A DNA stretch of 64,000 bases, taken from assembly GCA_015163855.1 (NCBI GenBank), contig JAAOIK010000007.1:28824-92823 (forward strand), written 5' to 3'. The notes below the pieces were generated by a model. The model was not told the origin of the DNA. It saw only the letters and a program-made list of their open reading frames with translations, and made no database searches. This DNA is from Pseudobdellovibrionaceae bacterium. GTDB taxonomy: Bacteria > Bdellovibrionota > Bdellovibrionia > Bdellovibrionales > UBA1609. The first letter of the stretch is position 1; each line of letters begins with the position of its first letter. Below are positions 48,129-57,203 of the stretch, piece after piece. The position numbers and the translations under genes are program-made.

Positions 48129-49052
48129 ATGAAAAAAATCTTTTATTTAATTATAGTTCCTACTATTTTATCTTTTACTAATAACGCCTTTGCTTATCAT
48201 GTAGTTAAAGTAAAAAATAAAAAAATACTAATTACCTTTTCTCCTGAAGAAAATGTACAAACTAAAGATACTTTTTATGCTATTAATAATACAGGAAAAA
48301 AGAAAGCCATTGTTTTAATCACTAAGGTTAAGGGCAATAAAGCCATAGCTAAAATTTTAAAAGGGCGAGCAGAAAAAGGGTGGACATTGCGCGTGCGTAA
48401 AAGAAGTGTAGTTAGTCGTCCTGTACAACCAGCTAACTCGTATCAGCCCAGAACAAATACCGCGGCTACTTCTTCTTATCCAAAAAAATCTAAAAAACTA
48501 TTTAACCATCTTAGTTTTTTATGGGGCTATTCTTTAAATCGCTTACAAACCTTTGTCAGTCCAAAAACAATAAAGCACTCTGCCTCTTCTTTTTTTAATT
48601 TTGAAACTAGTACTACCCTATTTCTTCCTAAAGAGCCTATGTTTGGTTTAAAAATTTTATCTAGCACCGAAAACTTTACCCTAAAAGCCAAATGTAGTGA
48701 TGGCACTACAACAAGCAATTGCGCAGCTAGCATTGTGTACTTAGGAGGCGGAGCTTTAGCTGTGATTCAAGCTCCTTTAAGCGATAAGTTTAGTTTGTGG
48801 GGTGGCGTGGGTGGAAAGCTGTTATTTCCTGTCTATAAAAAAATAACTACACTAGCAGTAGATTATCACTATCTAGACAAAGCCTCCATTAAACTAACCA
48901 GTGCCTTATTGCTGTCTGGCGGATTCACTTTAGGCTTAAACTCTAAATTTTCTATTCCTTTTAATGTAAATTACACCCTGTTCCCTTCTTCTGCAGAGGT
49001 AAAGGGACACTCTAGCCTTAACTTTCAGACCGGCTTATTGTACCACTTTTAA
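48129..49052 (+). CDS. Hypothetical outer-membrane protein (putative beta-barrel)
   Basis: Signal peptide (SFTNNAFA). The C-terminal half has alternating hydrophobic strands and ends in ...GLLYHF, an aromatic terminal residue typical of OMPs. Confidence 0.5.
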   Translation: MKKIFYLIIVPTILSFTNNAFAYHVVKVKNKKILITFSPEENVQTKDTFYAINNTGKKKAIVLITKVKGNKAIAKILKGRAEKGWTLRVRKRSVVSRPVQPANSYQPRTNTAATSSYPKKSKKLFNHLSFLWGYSLNRLQTFVSPKTIKHSASSFFNFETSTTLFLPKEPMFGLKILSSTENFTLKAKCSDGTTTSNCAASIVYLGGGALAVIQAPLSDKFSLWGGVGGKLLFPVYKKITTLAVDYHYLDKASIKLTSALLLSGGFTLGLNSKFSIPFNVNYTLFPSSAEVKGHSSLNFQTGLLYHF

Positions 49053-49080
49053 GTAACAAAGCAGTACTTGCTTTTGAATT

Positions 49081-49125
49081 TATAAAATATTGTTAGTAAA
49101 AATCATTTACCAGCAATATTTTATA
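49081..49125. promoter_or_regulatory. 12-bp perfect inverted repeat TATAAAATATTG-N21-CAATATTTTATA upstream of the multicopper oxidase gene
   Basis: Arms at 49081-49092 and 49114-49125. A possible promoter TTGAAT (49074-49079)-17 nt-TAAAAA (49097-49102) overlaps the left arm. Confidence 0.35.
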
Positions 49126-49140
49126 GGGTAAATACTACCC

Positions 49141-50601
49141 ATGCTTTCTAGACGCCATTTTTTTAAAACACTACTATACAGTATGGCAAAAATTACTGCT
49201 GTTTCTGCAGTGTTGCCTAAAAAATTATTACAAGCCGCAGAAAAGCCTTTGTTTACTAACCCCTACCATCTTCCTCCATTACTTTTAGGAAAAAAAGAAG
49301 GTAAAAAAGTATCTTTTCATTTAAACATTCAATCGGGGTTAAGCTCTATTTTAAGAAGCAAAAAAACAAAAACATGGGGAATTAACCAAGCCTTTTTAGG
49401 TGTTACCTTAAAAGTAAACAAGGGCGATCAAGTGCATGTTACTGTTAAAAACTCCTTAACAGAAACCACCACTTTGCACTGGCACGGTATGAAATTACCT
49501 GCTCACGCCGACGGAGGCCCACACCAACCCATTGCTCCCCTTAAAGAATGGAAAACCCATTGGAATATTATTCAACCGGCTGCCACTTTATGGTACCACG
49601 CTCATACTTCTCATAAAACGGGACAGCAAGTTTATAATGGCCTTGCTGGCATGCTCTTAATTGACGACAAAGACAGCCAAAAATTAAACCTGCCCTCTGA
49701 ATATGGCGTGGATGATTTTCCAATTATGCTTTTAGACCGATCTTTTAATACTGATGGGTCTTTAGAGTATATTAAAAGTATGCATGATAGAATGCGAGGA
49801 AAAATGGGAACCCATATTTTAATTAATGGTGTTCACAAACCTGTTTTAAAAGTTAAAAAATCTTTAATTCGATTACGCTTACTAAACGCCTCTAATGCAA
49901 GGTTTTATCGCCTGCAGTTTAAAGACAATCGAATATTTAATATTATTGCCAGTGACGGCGGGTTATTAGAAAAACCCATTGCCTCTAATTCTATATTGCT
50001 TTCTCCTGGGGAAAGAGCAGAAATTATTGTTGAAGTTTTTCAAGGAAGCCTTCCTACATTAATTTATCGTGTTCAAGGCAGAAACGGTTTAAATCACGAC
50101 TATGAACTTTTACAAATTAATACACAAAAAGTAACTCAAAGCAAAAAAACTCTTCCTAGCAAACTAGTTACTCATAAAAAAGAAAACGAAAAAAAAGCAA
50201 CAACACACAGGCGCATGCAGTTGCAAATGCAAAGGCCAGCTTTTCGAGGCGACAGTATTTTTAAAATTAATAACAAAGCAATGGACATGAAAAGAATCGA
50301 CGAGGTGGTTACGGCCGGTAGTTTAGAGGTTTGGAGCATTGAAAATCAATCTTCCATGCCACACCCCTTTCATATTCATAATGTTCAATTTAAAATTATT
50401 AGTAAAAGTGGTTCAGAAGTTTATGGACACGAACGGGGCTTTAAAGACACCGTATTAGTGAGGCCTAAAGAAACGATAAAAGTATTAATACGATTTCCTA
50501 AATACACCGATGAAAAATATCCCTATATGTATCATTGCCATATTTTAGAACATGAAGACCAAGGGATGATGGGTCAATTTATTCAAATTGCTTCAAAATA
50601 A
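49141..50601 (+). CDS. Tat-exported multicopper oxidase (CueO/laccase-like)
   Basis: Twin-arginine leader (MLSRRHFFK). Copper ligand motifs HWHG, WYHAH, HPFHIHN and HCHILEHEDQGMM. Confidence 0.9.
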   Translation: MLSRRHFFKTLLYSMAKITAVSAVLPKKLLQAAEKPLFTNPYHLPPLLLGKKEGKKVSFHLNIQSGLSSILRSKKTKTWGINQAFLGVTLKVNKGDQVHVTVKNSLTETTTLHWHGMKLPAHADGGPHQPIAPLKEWKTHWNIIQPAATLWYHAHTSHKTGQQVYNGLAGMLLIDDKDSQKLNLPSEYGVDDFPIMLLDRSFNTDGSLEYIKSMHDRMRGKMGTHILINGVHKPVLKVKKSLIRLRLLNASNARFYRLQFKDNRIFNIIASDGGLLEKPIASNSILLSPGERAEIIVEVFQGSLPTLIYRVQGRNGLNHDYELLQINTQKVTQSKKTLPSKLVTHKKENEKKATTHRRMQLQMQRPAFRGDSIFKINNKAMDMKRIDEVVTAGSLEVWSIENQSSMPHPFHIHNVQFKIISKSGSEVYGHERGFKDTVLVRPKETIKVLIRFPKYTDEKYPYMYHCHILEHEDQGMMGQFIQIASK

Positions 50602-50673
50602 TACGCACAAAAATTTTTTAAAAGGCTATAGGGTTTAAAAGGCCAAGCCTTAGTTAAAAACAAAAATGGACAC

Positions 50674-52923
50674 TTATAGCCTGTGGTCACGACTGACTTG
50701 AATAATACCCTTGATTTTTTTAATTTCTATTAAAAGTTTTTGTAAATCTTCTAAATTTTTAATTCGTATATCAAAGTAACTAACCGCTCTATTATCTAAG
50801 GTAGAGCTCGCTTTTAAGTTTTCTATATTTGCATCGGCTGCAGAAAATACATCACCCATTTTAGCTAAAATACCTGGTAAGTTAAAACTAACTATACACA
50901 AACGCACACGATGAGTAATATTCTCTGTTTTTTGATCCCAATTTACTTCTACATACCTACCAGAATCAATATTAAATGTTTTTTCACAATCGGCCCTATG
51001 AATACTAATGCCCCTGCCTACAGAAACAAAACCTACAATAGGATCGCCAGGAATAGGGTAACAACATTTAGCAAATCTTACTAAAATATCATTTTCTCCC
51101 CCTACCTGCACACCCGAACGATCTTTTTTACTTTTCTTAGTACTATTACTAGTTTCAATTTTTTTCTCTAAAGTTTCAATTTCTGAAGTGCTCTTAACCT
51201 GCTCTTCTTCTTTGGGAACTAAATCTTTGTAAACTAATGAAGACTCTAGCCTACCAAAACCTATCTTAACAAATAAATCTTCTAATTTTTGACAACCTTG
51301 TTTTTGTAAATACTCTGTAAAAGATACGCCTTCGGTATAACGAGACAGTCGCTGTGATTTTTTTCTAAAAAATCTTTCTAACATATCTTGCCCCACTTTT
51401 TGAGACATAATTCTTTGTTCTTTTTTAATAACCGTTCTAATCTGCCCTTTTGCTTTGCTAGTTACACAAAACTTTAACCAATCTTTAGAGGGGGCTTGGT
51501 TTTTAGAAGTTACCACTTCTACCGTGTCACCATTTTGTAAAACATAGCGTAAGGGAACCACTTTTTTATTTACACAGGCAGAAACAATATGGTTTCCCAC
51601 ATCGGTATGAATAGAATAGGCAAAATCAATGGGAGTTGCTCCCACTGGAAATTCTTTTACCTCCCCTTTGGGAGTAAATACATAAATCTCTGACTCTAAA
51701 AGGTCAGATTTCATATTTTCTAAAAATTCATCAGCATTATAAGTTTCTTGATTCATTTGAATTAGCTCTCTAAGCCAATTAAACTTTTTAGCCACATCGG
51801 CGGCGGGTGCATTTTTTGAATTAACATCTTGAGAATAAGAATTGGCTTTGTATTCCCAATGGGCAGCAATCCCCCACTCTGCTAATTCGTGCATTTCGTG
51901 AGTACGGATTTGCACCTCCACCCTTTCGCCATCATTACCAATTAAAGTGGTATGTAAACTTTGGTAATTATTTACTTTGGGCATAGCAATAAAATCTTTA
52001 AATCGCCCTGGGATAGGTCGCCATAAAGAATGGATAATCCCTAAAGTTTCATAACATTCTTTAATAGAACTTACACAAATCCTAAATGCTAAAATGTCGT
52101 AAATTTGCTCGTAGGGTAAGTTGCTAATTTTCATTTTTTTATAAATAGAATACAAATGTTTAAATCTTCCTTGAATATCAAAAGAAAAATCTACGCGGTT
52201 TTCTAAATTTTTTATTAAAGTGAGTTTAAAATTTTCAACATAACTTAAGCGATCTTTTCGCCTTTCTTTAGTTTTTTCTTTTAAAAAATGATATTCATCA
52301 GGGTGGGCATATTTTAAAGACAAATCTTCTAATTCTATTTTAATAGAACTCATACCTAACCTGCTAGCTAAAGGAGCATAAATATCTAAAGTTTCACTAG
52401 CAATTCTACCTTGCTTTTGAAAAGACATATAATTTAATGTGCGCATATTATGCAAACGATCGGCAAGCTTTACTAAAATTACTCTTACATCCGAACCCAT
52501 AGCCACAATCATTTTTCTAATATTTTCTGCTTGCTTTTCGTGAGTGTGACGAAAATTTAATTTTGTAATTTTAGTCACACCCTCTACAATGCCCGCAACA
52601 CTACTTCCAAAGACTTTAAGAATATCTTCTGTAGTAATTAAAGTGTCTTCCACAGTATCGTGTAAAAGGGCTGCAATAATACTGGCCACATCTAATTTTA
52701 GTTGTGCTAAAATATAGGCCACACCAATGGGGTGAGTAATATACTCTTCTCCACTACGACGAACCACACCTTCGTGAGCTTTTTGTGCCATTTGATAGGC
52801 TTTTTCTATCATGCCAATATCTTCTTCAGAATAAAAATTCTTTAGATATTGCAAAAGCACATCAAAAGACCCTGTGTCTTTTAGTTCTTTGTCGGTATCT
52901 TGTTGCTGTTGACCGGTTTTCAC
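50674..52923 (-). CDS. spoT: Bifunctional (p)ppGpp synthetase/hydrolase (RelA/SpoT homolog)
   Basis: HD hydrolase motif (HDTVEDT), a synthetase domain (RFKDFIAMPKVNNYQSLHT), and TGS and ACT C-terminal regions. Confidence 0.95.
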   Translation of the reverse strand: MKTGQQQQDTDKELKDTGSFDVLLQYLKNFYSEEDIGMIEKAYQMAQKAHEGVVRRSGEEYITHPIGVAYILAQLKLDVASIIAALLHDTVEDTLITTEDILKVFGSSVAGIVEGVTKITKLNFRHTHEKQAENIRKMIVAMGSDVRVILVKLADRLHNMRTLNYMSFQKQGRIASETLDIYAPLASRLGMSSIKIELEDLSLKYAHPDEYHFLKEKTKERRKDRLSYVENFKLTLIKNLENRVDFSFDIQGRFKHLYSIYKKMKISNLPYEQIYDILAFRICVSSIKECYETLGIIHSLWRPIPGRFKDFIAMPKVNNYQSLHTTLIGNDGERVEVQIRTHEMHELAEWGIAAHWEYKANSYSQDVNSKNAPAADVAKKFNWLRELIQMNQETYNADEFLENMKSDLLESEIYVFTPKGEVKEFPVGATPIDFAYSIHTDVGNHIVSACVNKKVVPLRYVLQNGDTVEVVTSKNQAPSKDWLKFCVTSKAKGQIRTVIKKEQRIMSQKVGQDMLERFFRKKSQRLSRYTEGVSFTEYLQKQGCQKLEDLFVKIGFGRLESSLVYKDLVPKEEEQVKSTSEIETLEKKIETSNSTKKSKKDRSGVQVGGENDILVRFAKCCYPIPGDPIVGFVSVGRGISIHRADCEKTFNIDSGRYVEVNWDQKTENITHRVRLCIVSFNLPGILAKMGDVFSAADANIENLKASSTLDNRAVSYFDIRIKNLEDLQKLLIEIKKIKGIIQVSRDHRL

Positions 52924-53136
52924 ACATTACTTATCGGGTAAAAACCGAGAAAAATCAATAGGCTAGGAATTGCATCTTCAATATTAGCAAAATGCCATTA
53001 ATGCGCCTTTAATTTGGTTCTTCTTGTTTTCAAATTTTTAAATAATGGGTAAAACTTTTTAAGTTTTTTGTAAATCCATAAGGTAAATAAGAAAAACGAG
53101 TAATTAATTAATAAAAAATATTTTGTATAAACCTTT

Positions 53137-55845
53137 TTAGTTAAATAATCCCCTACACATTACTTGCTTTTTTTCATTTAAGGCTTGCACTAGTTGCTTT
53201 TGCGCTATGACATATAAATTTTCTTTCAAGCCTCCATATTTAATAAACAATAATAATAGTTTCTGGTATTTGGGGTGAGCTATGACCTCAGGATGGGACA
53301 AAACAGCTTGTGCTAAAGCACCCATCTCCTTCCCCTTTTTAATATAGCTATCTATCCACCCAGTCCACTTGGGGTGAGCTATGGCCTTAGGTTTAGACAA
53401 AGCATATACTGCCAAATAACCCATATCCTTCCCCTTTTTAATATAGCTATCTATCCACTCAATCCACTTAGAATGAGCTCTGACCTCTGGCTTAGACAAA
53501 ACATATACTGCCAAATAATGCATGCCTTCCCCTTTTTTAATATAGCTATCTATCCACCCAGCCCACTTGGGGTGAGTTATGACCTCAGACTTAGACAAAA
53601 CAGAGTATGCCAAATAATGCATACCTTCCCCTTTTTTAATATAACTATCTATCCACCCAGCCCACTTGGGGTGAGCTATGGCCCTAGGCTTAAACAAAAC
53701 AGATAATGCCAAAAACTTCAGATGCTCCCCTTTTTTAATATAACTATCTATCCACTCAATCCACTTGGGGTGAACTATGGCCTCGGGCTTAGACCAAGCA
53801 TGTAGTGCCAAATAATCCATACCTTTTCCTTTTTTAATATAACTATCTATCCACTCAGTCCACTTGGGGTGAGCTATGACCTCAGGTTTAGACAAAACAT
53901 ATGTTCCCAAAAACTCCATTGCCTGCCCTTTGTTGATGTAGCTATCTATCCACCCAGCCCACTTGTGGTGAGCTATGACCTCAGGCTTAGACAAAATATA
54001 TTTTGCCAAATTATTTACACTCTGCCCTTTGTTGATATAGCTATCTATTATAAAAAATAGCTGAGGCCAGTTAGCCCAATTCATTCGAGACAGTGCAGAC
54101 ATGCCCTTTTCTGTTACCCCTTCTTTCCATATTGCGTTAATTATATCTTTAGCGCTAAATTTAAAATTACCTTGATCTGCTGAATCCAGAAATTGTGAAA
54201 AATGTTTATTAGCTTCTTCATTAATCAATAATAAATTATTCTCTTTTATCTTTGGGTTATGAAATAAAACATCTATAGCATCATTAACACTAATAAACTT
54301 CCATTGTGCTTTTTTCATAGTTTTTTCTGAAAAAAAAGAAAACTTTAAAAATGGATTTTCTTTAACTTGTGTCTTAAAGCTATTAATAATTTTTTGATTA
54401 GGAGAAAAAACCACTCCCTGTCTGTGCTTTTTAAAATCATCATAAGACCCTTCAGAATTTTTTTGTTTTTTTAAAACTTCTTCTTGTAAAGGAATTGCAA
54501 AAAATGTTTGGTTAACTATTTTTAAACTTTGATTATACTTACTCATAGCTTCTTTGACTGTTGGAAACGAAGAATTTCCATTAAACCACTCAGGTTGTGC
54601 GAGTGTTAAATATTTTGCTTTAAATGCATCTTTATTTATAAATAAAGTATGCAGTGCCCAATCCACATGTTTGGCTGATAAATTAGCGCCTGTAATATCT
54701 TTTACATACAAAACTAAATCATTGTTTACTTTTACTAAATCTACACTCATATAACCAATGGCTTTTTTTTGTTTGTTTAAAATATAAAAAATGTACTCAT
54801 AAGGGTGATAAGAGTTGGCCCATGTGGTTTTGGTTGAACAATCCCCACCTATACAACCACGGTAAGTGGATATAAAGGCTGGCACCTGAAGCAATGCCAT
54901 TTTAAATTCATTTTTTACTGATTTAGATTCTCCATAAGAATTAATTATTTTATTTGTAGATTTAATTAATAACTTATCTTCTTTTATTGATAAAACTTTT
55001 TTTAAAAAACTATTAAAATTCTTTGGAAACACTTTTTCAATAACTTCTACATTACCATTAGTAATGGTAATTGCTTGTTTTGAATATAAAAACGATAATA
55101 TAGATATTGTAGCCATTTTTTGCTCTACTGCTCTTGCCTTTTCTGCTATTAGCAAAAGCTCTTCGTAGCTTGTGTTAGAATTAAAACCAAAATCAGAATA
55201 ACGAAATGTTTTATCAAATTTATTTTTATCAAAAGACATGTTTTTTAGCATTGGTAAAATATCTGTAGAATGACTGTTTTTAAATAATCTTTTCTTTTTC
55301 TCACCACTGATTGGCAAAGAAGAAATAATTCCTGAAATAAAGAAATTAAAAGAACCAATAGGGATTTTTGATTTTTTCTTTTCATTATTTATAAACTCAG
55401 CTGTTAAATGAAAATTCTTTATGGAATTTAAAAATTGATTATTAATAAATTTTTTTTGTAATAGCTTTTTTACTAAAACATTTAAAGTTTCTTTATTGCC
55501 ATTACTTTTTTGATTATCAAACACTTCCCATAAATAAAGAAAATCTTGTGTTGCTACATCTTGTTTGTAAGAAGAATTTTTATCTAGTTCTACATACAAA
55601 TTTTTTGTTAATTTCATATATTTTAGAATTAATTGTTTGCTAAGTTCGTCGCCACTATCTGTTTTATAGGTTTGATCTAAAAACATAGGTAAATTTTTTA
55701 TTTTATGAGCTGTAACAAAAGCACCCGCACCTTCTAATAAAGATACTGGAATTCTATGCGCAGATATAGTGCTAGCAAAAACAGAGGAAACCTGAATGCT
55801 TAAAAATAGAACTAGTAAAAAAAGATGCTTTAAAAAAAACTGCAT
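53137..55845 (-). CDS. Hypothetical secreted protein, 902 aa, about 590-aa N-terminal domain plus an array of 33-aa repeats
   Basis: Signal peptide (LFLSIQVSSVFA). The C-terminal third consists of repeats of consensus HPKWxxWIDSYIKKGxxMxYLAxxVLSKPEVIA. Confidence 0.6.
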   Translation of the reverse strand: MQFFLKHLFLLVLFLSIQVSSVFASTISAHRIPVSLLEGAGAFVTAHKIKNLPMFLDQTYKTDSGDELSKQLILKYMKLTKNLYVELDKNSSYKQDVATQDFLYLWEVFDNQKSNGNKETLNVLVKKLLQKKFINNQFLNSIKNFHLTAEFINNEKKKSKIPIGSFNFFISGIISSLPISGEKKKRLFKNSHSTDILPMLKNMSFDKNKFDKTFRYSDFGFNSNTSYEELLLIAEKARAVEQKMATISILSFLYSKQAITITNGNVEVIEKVFPKNFNSFLKKVLSIKEDKLLIKSTNKIINSYGESKSVKNEFKMALLQVPAFISTYRGCIGGDCSTKTTWANSYHPYEYIFYILNKQKKAIGYMSVDLVKVNNDLVLYVKDITGANLSAKHVDWALHTLFINKDAFKAKYLTLAQPEWFNGNSSFPTVKEAMSKYNQSLKIVNQTFFAIPLQEEVLKKQKNSEGSYDDFKKHRQGVVFSPNQKIINSFKTQVKENPFLKFSFFSEKTMKKAQWKFISVNDAIDVLFHNPKIKENNLLLINEEANKHFSQFLDSADQGNFKFSAKDIINAIWKEGVTEKGMSALSRMNWANWPQLFFIIDSYINKGQSVNNLAKYILSKPEVIAHHKWAGWIDSYINKGQAMEFLGTYVLSKPEVIAHPKWTEWIDSYIKKGKGMDYLALHAWSKPEAIVHPKWIEWIDSYIKKGEHLKFLALSVLFKPRAIAHPKWAGWIDSYIKKGEGMHYLAYSVLSKSEVITHPKWAGWIDSYIKKGEGMHYLAVYVLSKPEVRAHSKWIEWIDSYIKKGKDMGYLAVYALSKPKAIAHPKWTGWIDSYIKKGKEMGALAQAVLSHPEVIAHPKYQKLLLLFIKYGGLKENLYVIAQKQLVQALNEKKQVMCRGLFN
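53275..54081 (-). repeat. Intragenic tandem array, 8 units of about 99 bp (33 aa), plus a degenerate ninth unit extending to about 53175
   Basis: Direct reading of recurring ...tatccacccagcccacttggggtgagctatg... blocks and of the translated repeats. Confidence 0.9.
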
Positions 55846-55924
55846 AAGTAATTATTGTGCAATTAGTAAGCCTAAAGGTGACTCAAACTGATGCAAAAGT
55901 CAGAGGGGCAAAATAGCCCTGCCA

Positions 55925-57106
55925 TTAATGCATATTTTCATTTAAAGAAGTAAGCTGACCACAAGCTGCATAAATATCACTGCCCATACGCCGCCGCAAT
56001 AGCACTTGAGCCCCTTTTTTATACAAAGCTTGATGAAATTTATCCACTGCTGATGCAGAGGGGGTTTCGTAATTTGACCCCGGGTGAGGGTTAAAAGGGA
56101 TTAAGTTAATTTTACAAGGCACCCGTTTAGTAAGTGCATATAGCTCTTCTGCCGACTCCAAAGAATCAGTTATTCCTTTAAGTAATACATACTCAAAAGT
56201 GACTAACTCCCCGGTTTTTTTTACATAATCATTACAGGCATTAAGTAAAGTTTCTATATTCCACTTTTTGTTAATGGGCATAATGCTAGTTCTAATATTA
56301 TCATTAGAGGCGTTTAAACTTACAGCCAATCTAACGCCAGCCTTTACCACTAAAGGAATTTTATCCACCAAACCCACCGTGGAAAGAGTAATTTTTTTTC
56401 CAGAATAATTAAAGCCCAACTGTTCTTTTAATATAGAAATACTGTTAAATACATTTTCTTCATTGTCTAAGGGTTCGCCCATTCCCATAAAAACAATATT
56501 ACCAATAGGAGCATGGGCGTGTAAGCTGGCTTGCCAAGGAATAATATCTTCTAGATTTTTTGCTTTATTTTCTTCAAGCCATAGCTTTTGGTTTTTTGGC
56601 TGACCTGGGGCATCGACAAATAACTTTTGTCCAGTAAGTTTTAATAAATCATATAAAATTTCGGGCCGTGCAAATAAAAATTGTCGCAATAAAAAAACCT
56701 GCCCCACAATTTCAGAAACCTTTAAGCGTCTTTTTAATTTTTGCTTTCCAGTAAAACAAAAGTCACAAGCTAAATTACAACCCACCTCTGAAGAAAGACA
56801 AATGGTTAATCTTCCTTTAGAGGGAATTAAAACACTTTCGAAAGGAAGCCCATCGCTGGTGTTTAATAAAAATTTTAAAGTGCCATCTTTGCTTAACCAA
56901 TGCTTTACTATTTTTGGTAAATGCCATGAAAAATACTCAGGTATTTGCGCTTGAAAACCTTGAGAAAGGTCAGACATTTCTTGTGTATTTACTATGGATT
57001 TTTGATACACCCACTTCCAAAGCTGTTTTGAGCGAAAGGCTTTATGCCCCTTTGCCTCTAAATAAGCCGTTAACTGTGGTAATGTTAAGTCGAAGAAATT
57101 AGGCAT
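55925..57106 (-). CDS. rlmN: 23S rRNA/tRNA (adenine-C2)-methyltransferase RlmN (radical SAM)
   Basis: CNLACDFCFTG radical-SAM cluster motif, GMGEPL, and the C-terminal catalytic Cys context (AACGQL). Confidence 0.9.
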   Translation of the reverse strand: MPNFFDLTLPQLTAYLEAKGHKAFRSKQLWKWVYQKSIVNTQEMSDLSQGFQAQIPEYFSWHLPKIVKHWLSKDGTLKFLLNTSDGLPFESVLIPSKGRLTICLSSEVGCNLACDFCFTGKQKLKRRLKVSEIVGQVFLLRQFLFARPEILYDLLKLTGQKLFVDAPGQPKNQKLWLEENKAKNLEDIIPWQASLHAHAPIGNIVFMGMGEPLDNEENVFNSISILKEQLGFNYSGKKITLSTVGLVDKIPLVVKAGVRLAVSLNASNDNIRTSIMPINKKWNIETLLNACNDYVKKTGELVTFEYVLLKGITDSLESAEELYALTKRVPCKINLIPFNPHPGSNYETPSASAVDKFHQALYKKGAQVLLRRRMGSDIYAACGQLTSLNENMH

Positions 57107-57203
57107 AGTTTATACTCTGTACTCTACTAGACTAATAAAGCCAAGTATAATAGCCTAAGGTTATAAAATTTATAACCCTTTCCTGCATTAAGGAAGTGCA
57201 AAA

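Noticed and set aside
53374-54060. Two plus-strand ORFs (53374-53706 and 53869-54060) with their own internal repeats (…RQNIYCQI…FNIAIYP…).
   Set aside because: They are the antisense reading of the 99-bp repeat array of the 902-aa minus-strand gene. The periodicity is inherited from that gene, and it has the signal peptide and a continuous 2.7-kb frame.
53275-54081. Recurring TATCCACC(C) strings resembling DnaA boxes (TTATCCACA), raising the possibility of an origin of replication.
   Set aside because: They arise from the reverse complement of the repeated WIDSY codons inside a coding repeat. There is no dnaA/dnaN neighbourhood or AT-rich unwinding element.
4623-55845. Both large hypothetical secreted proteins (4623-7331 and 53137-55845) are exactly 902 aa.
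   Set aside because: The sequences are unrelated (a coiled coil versus a globular domain plus 33-aa repeats). The equal length is a coincidence.
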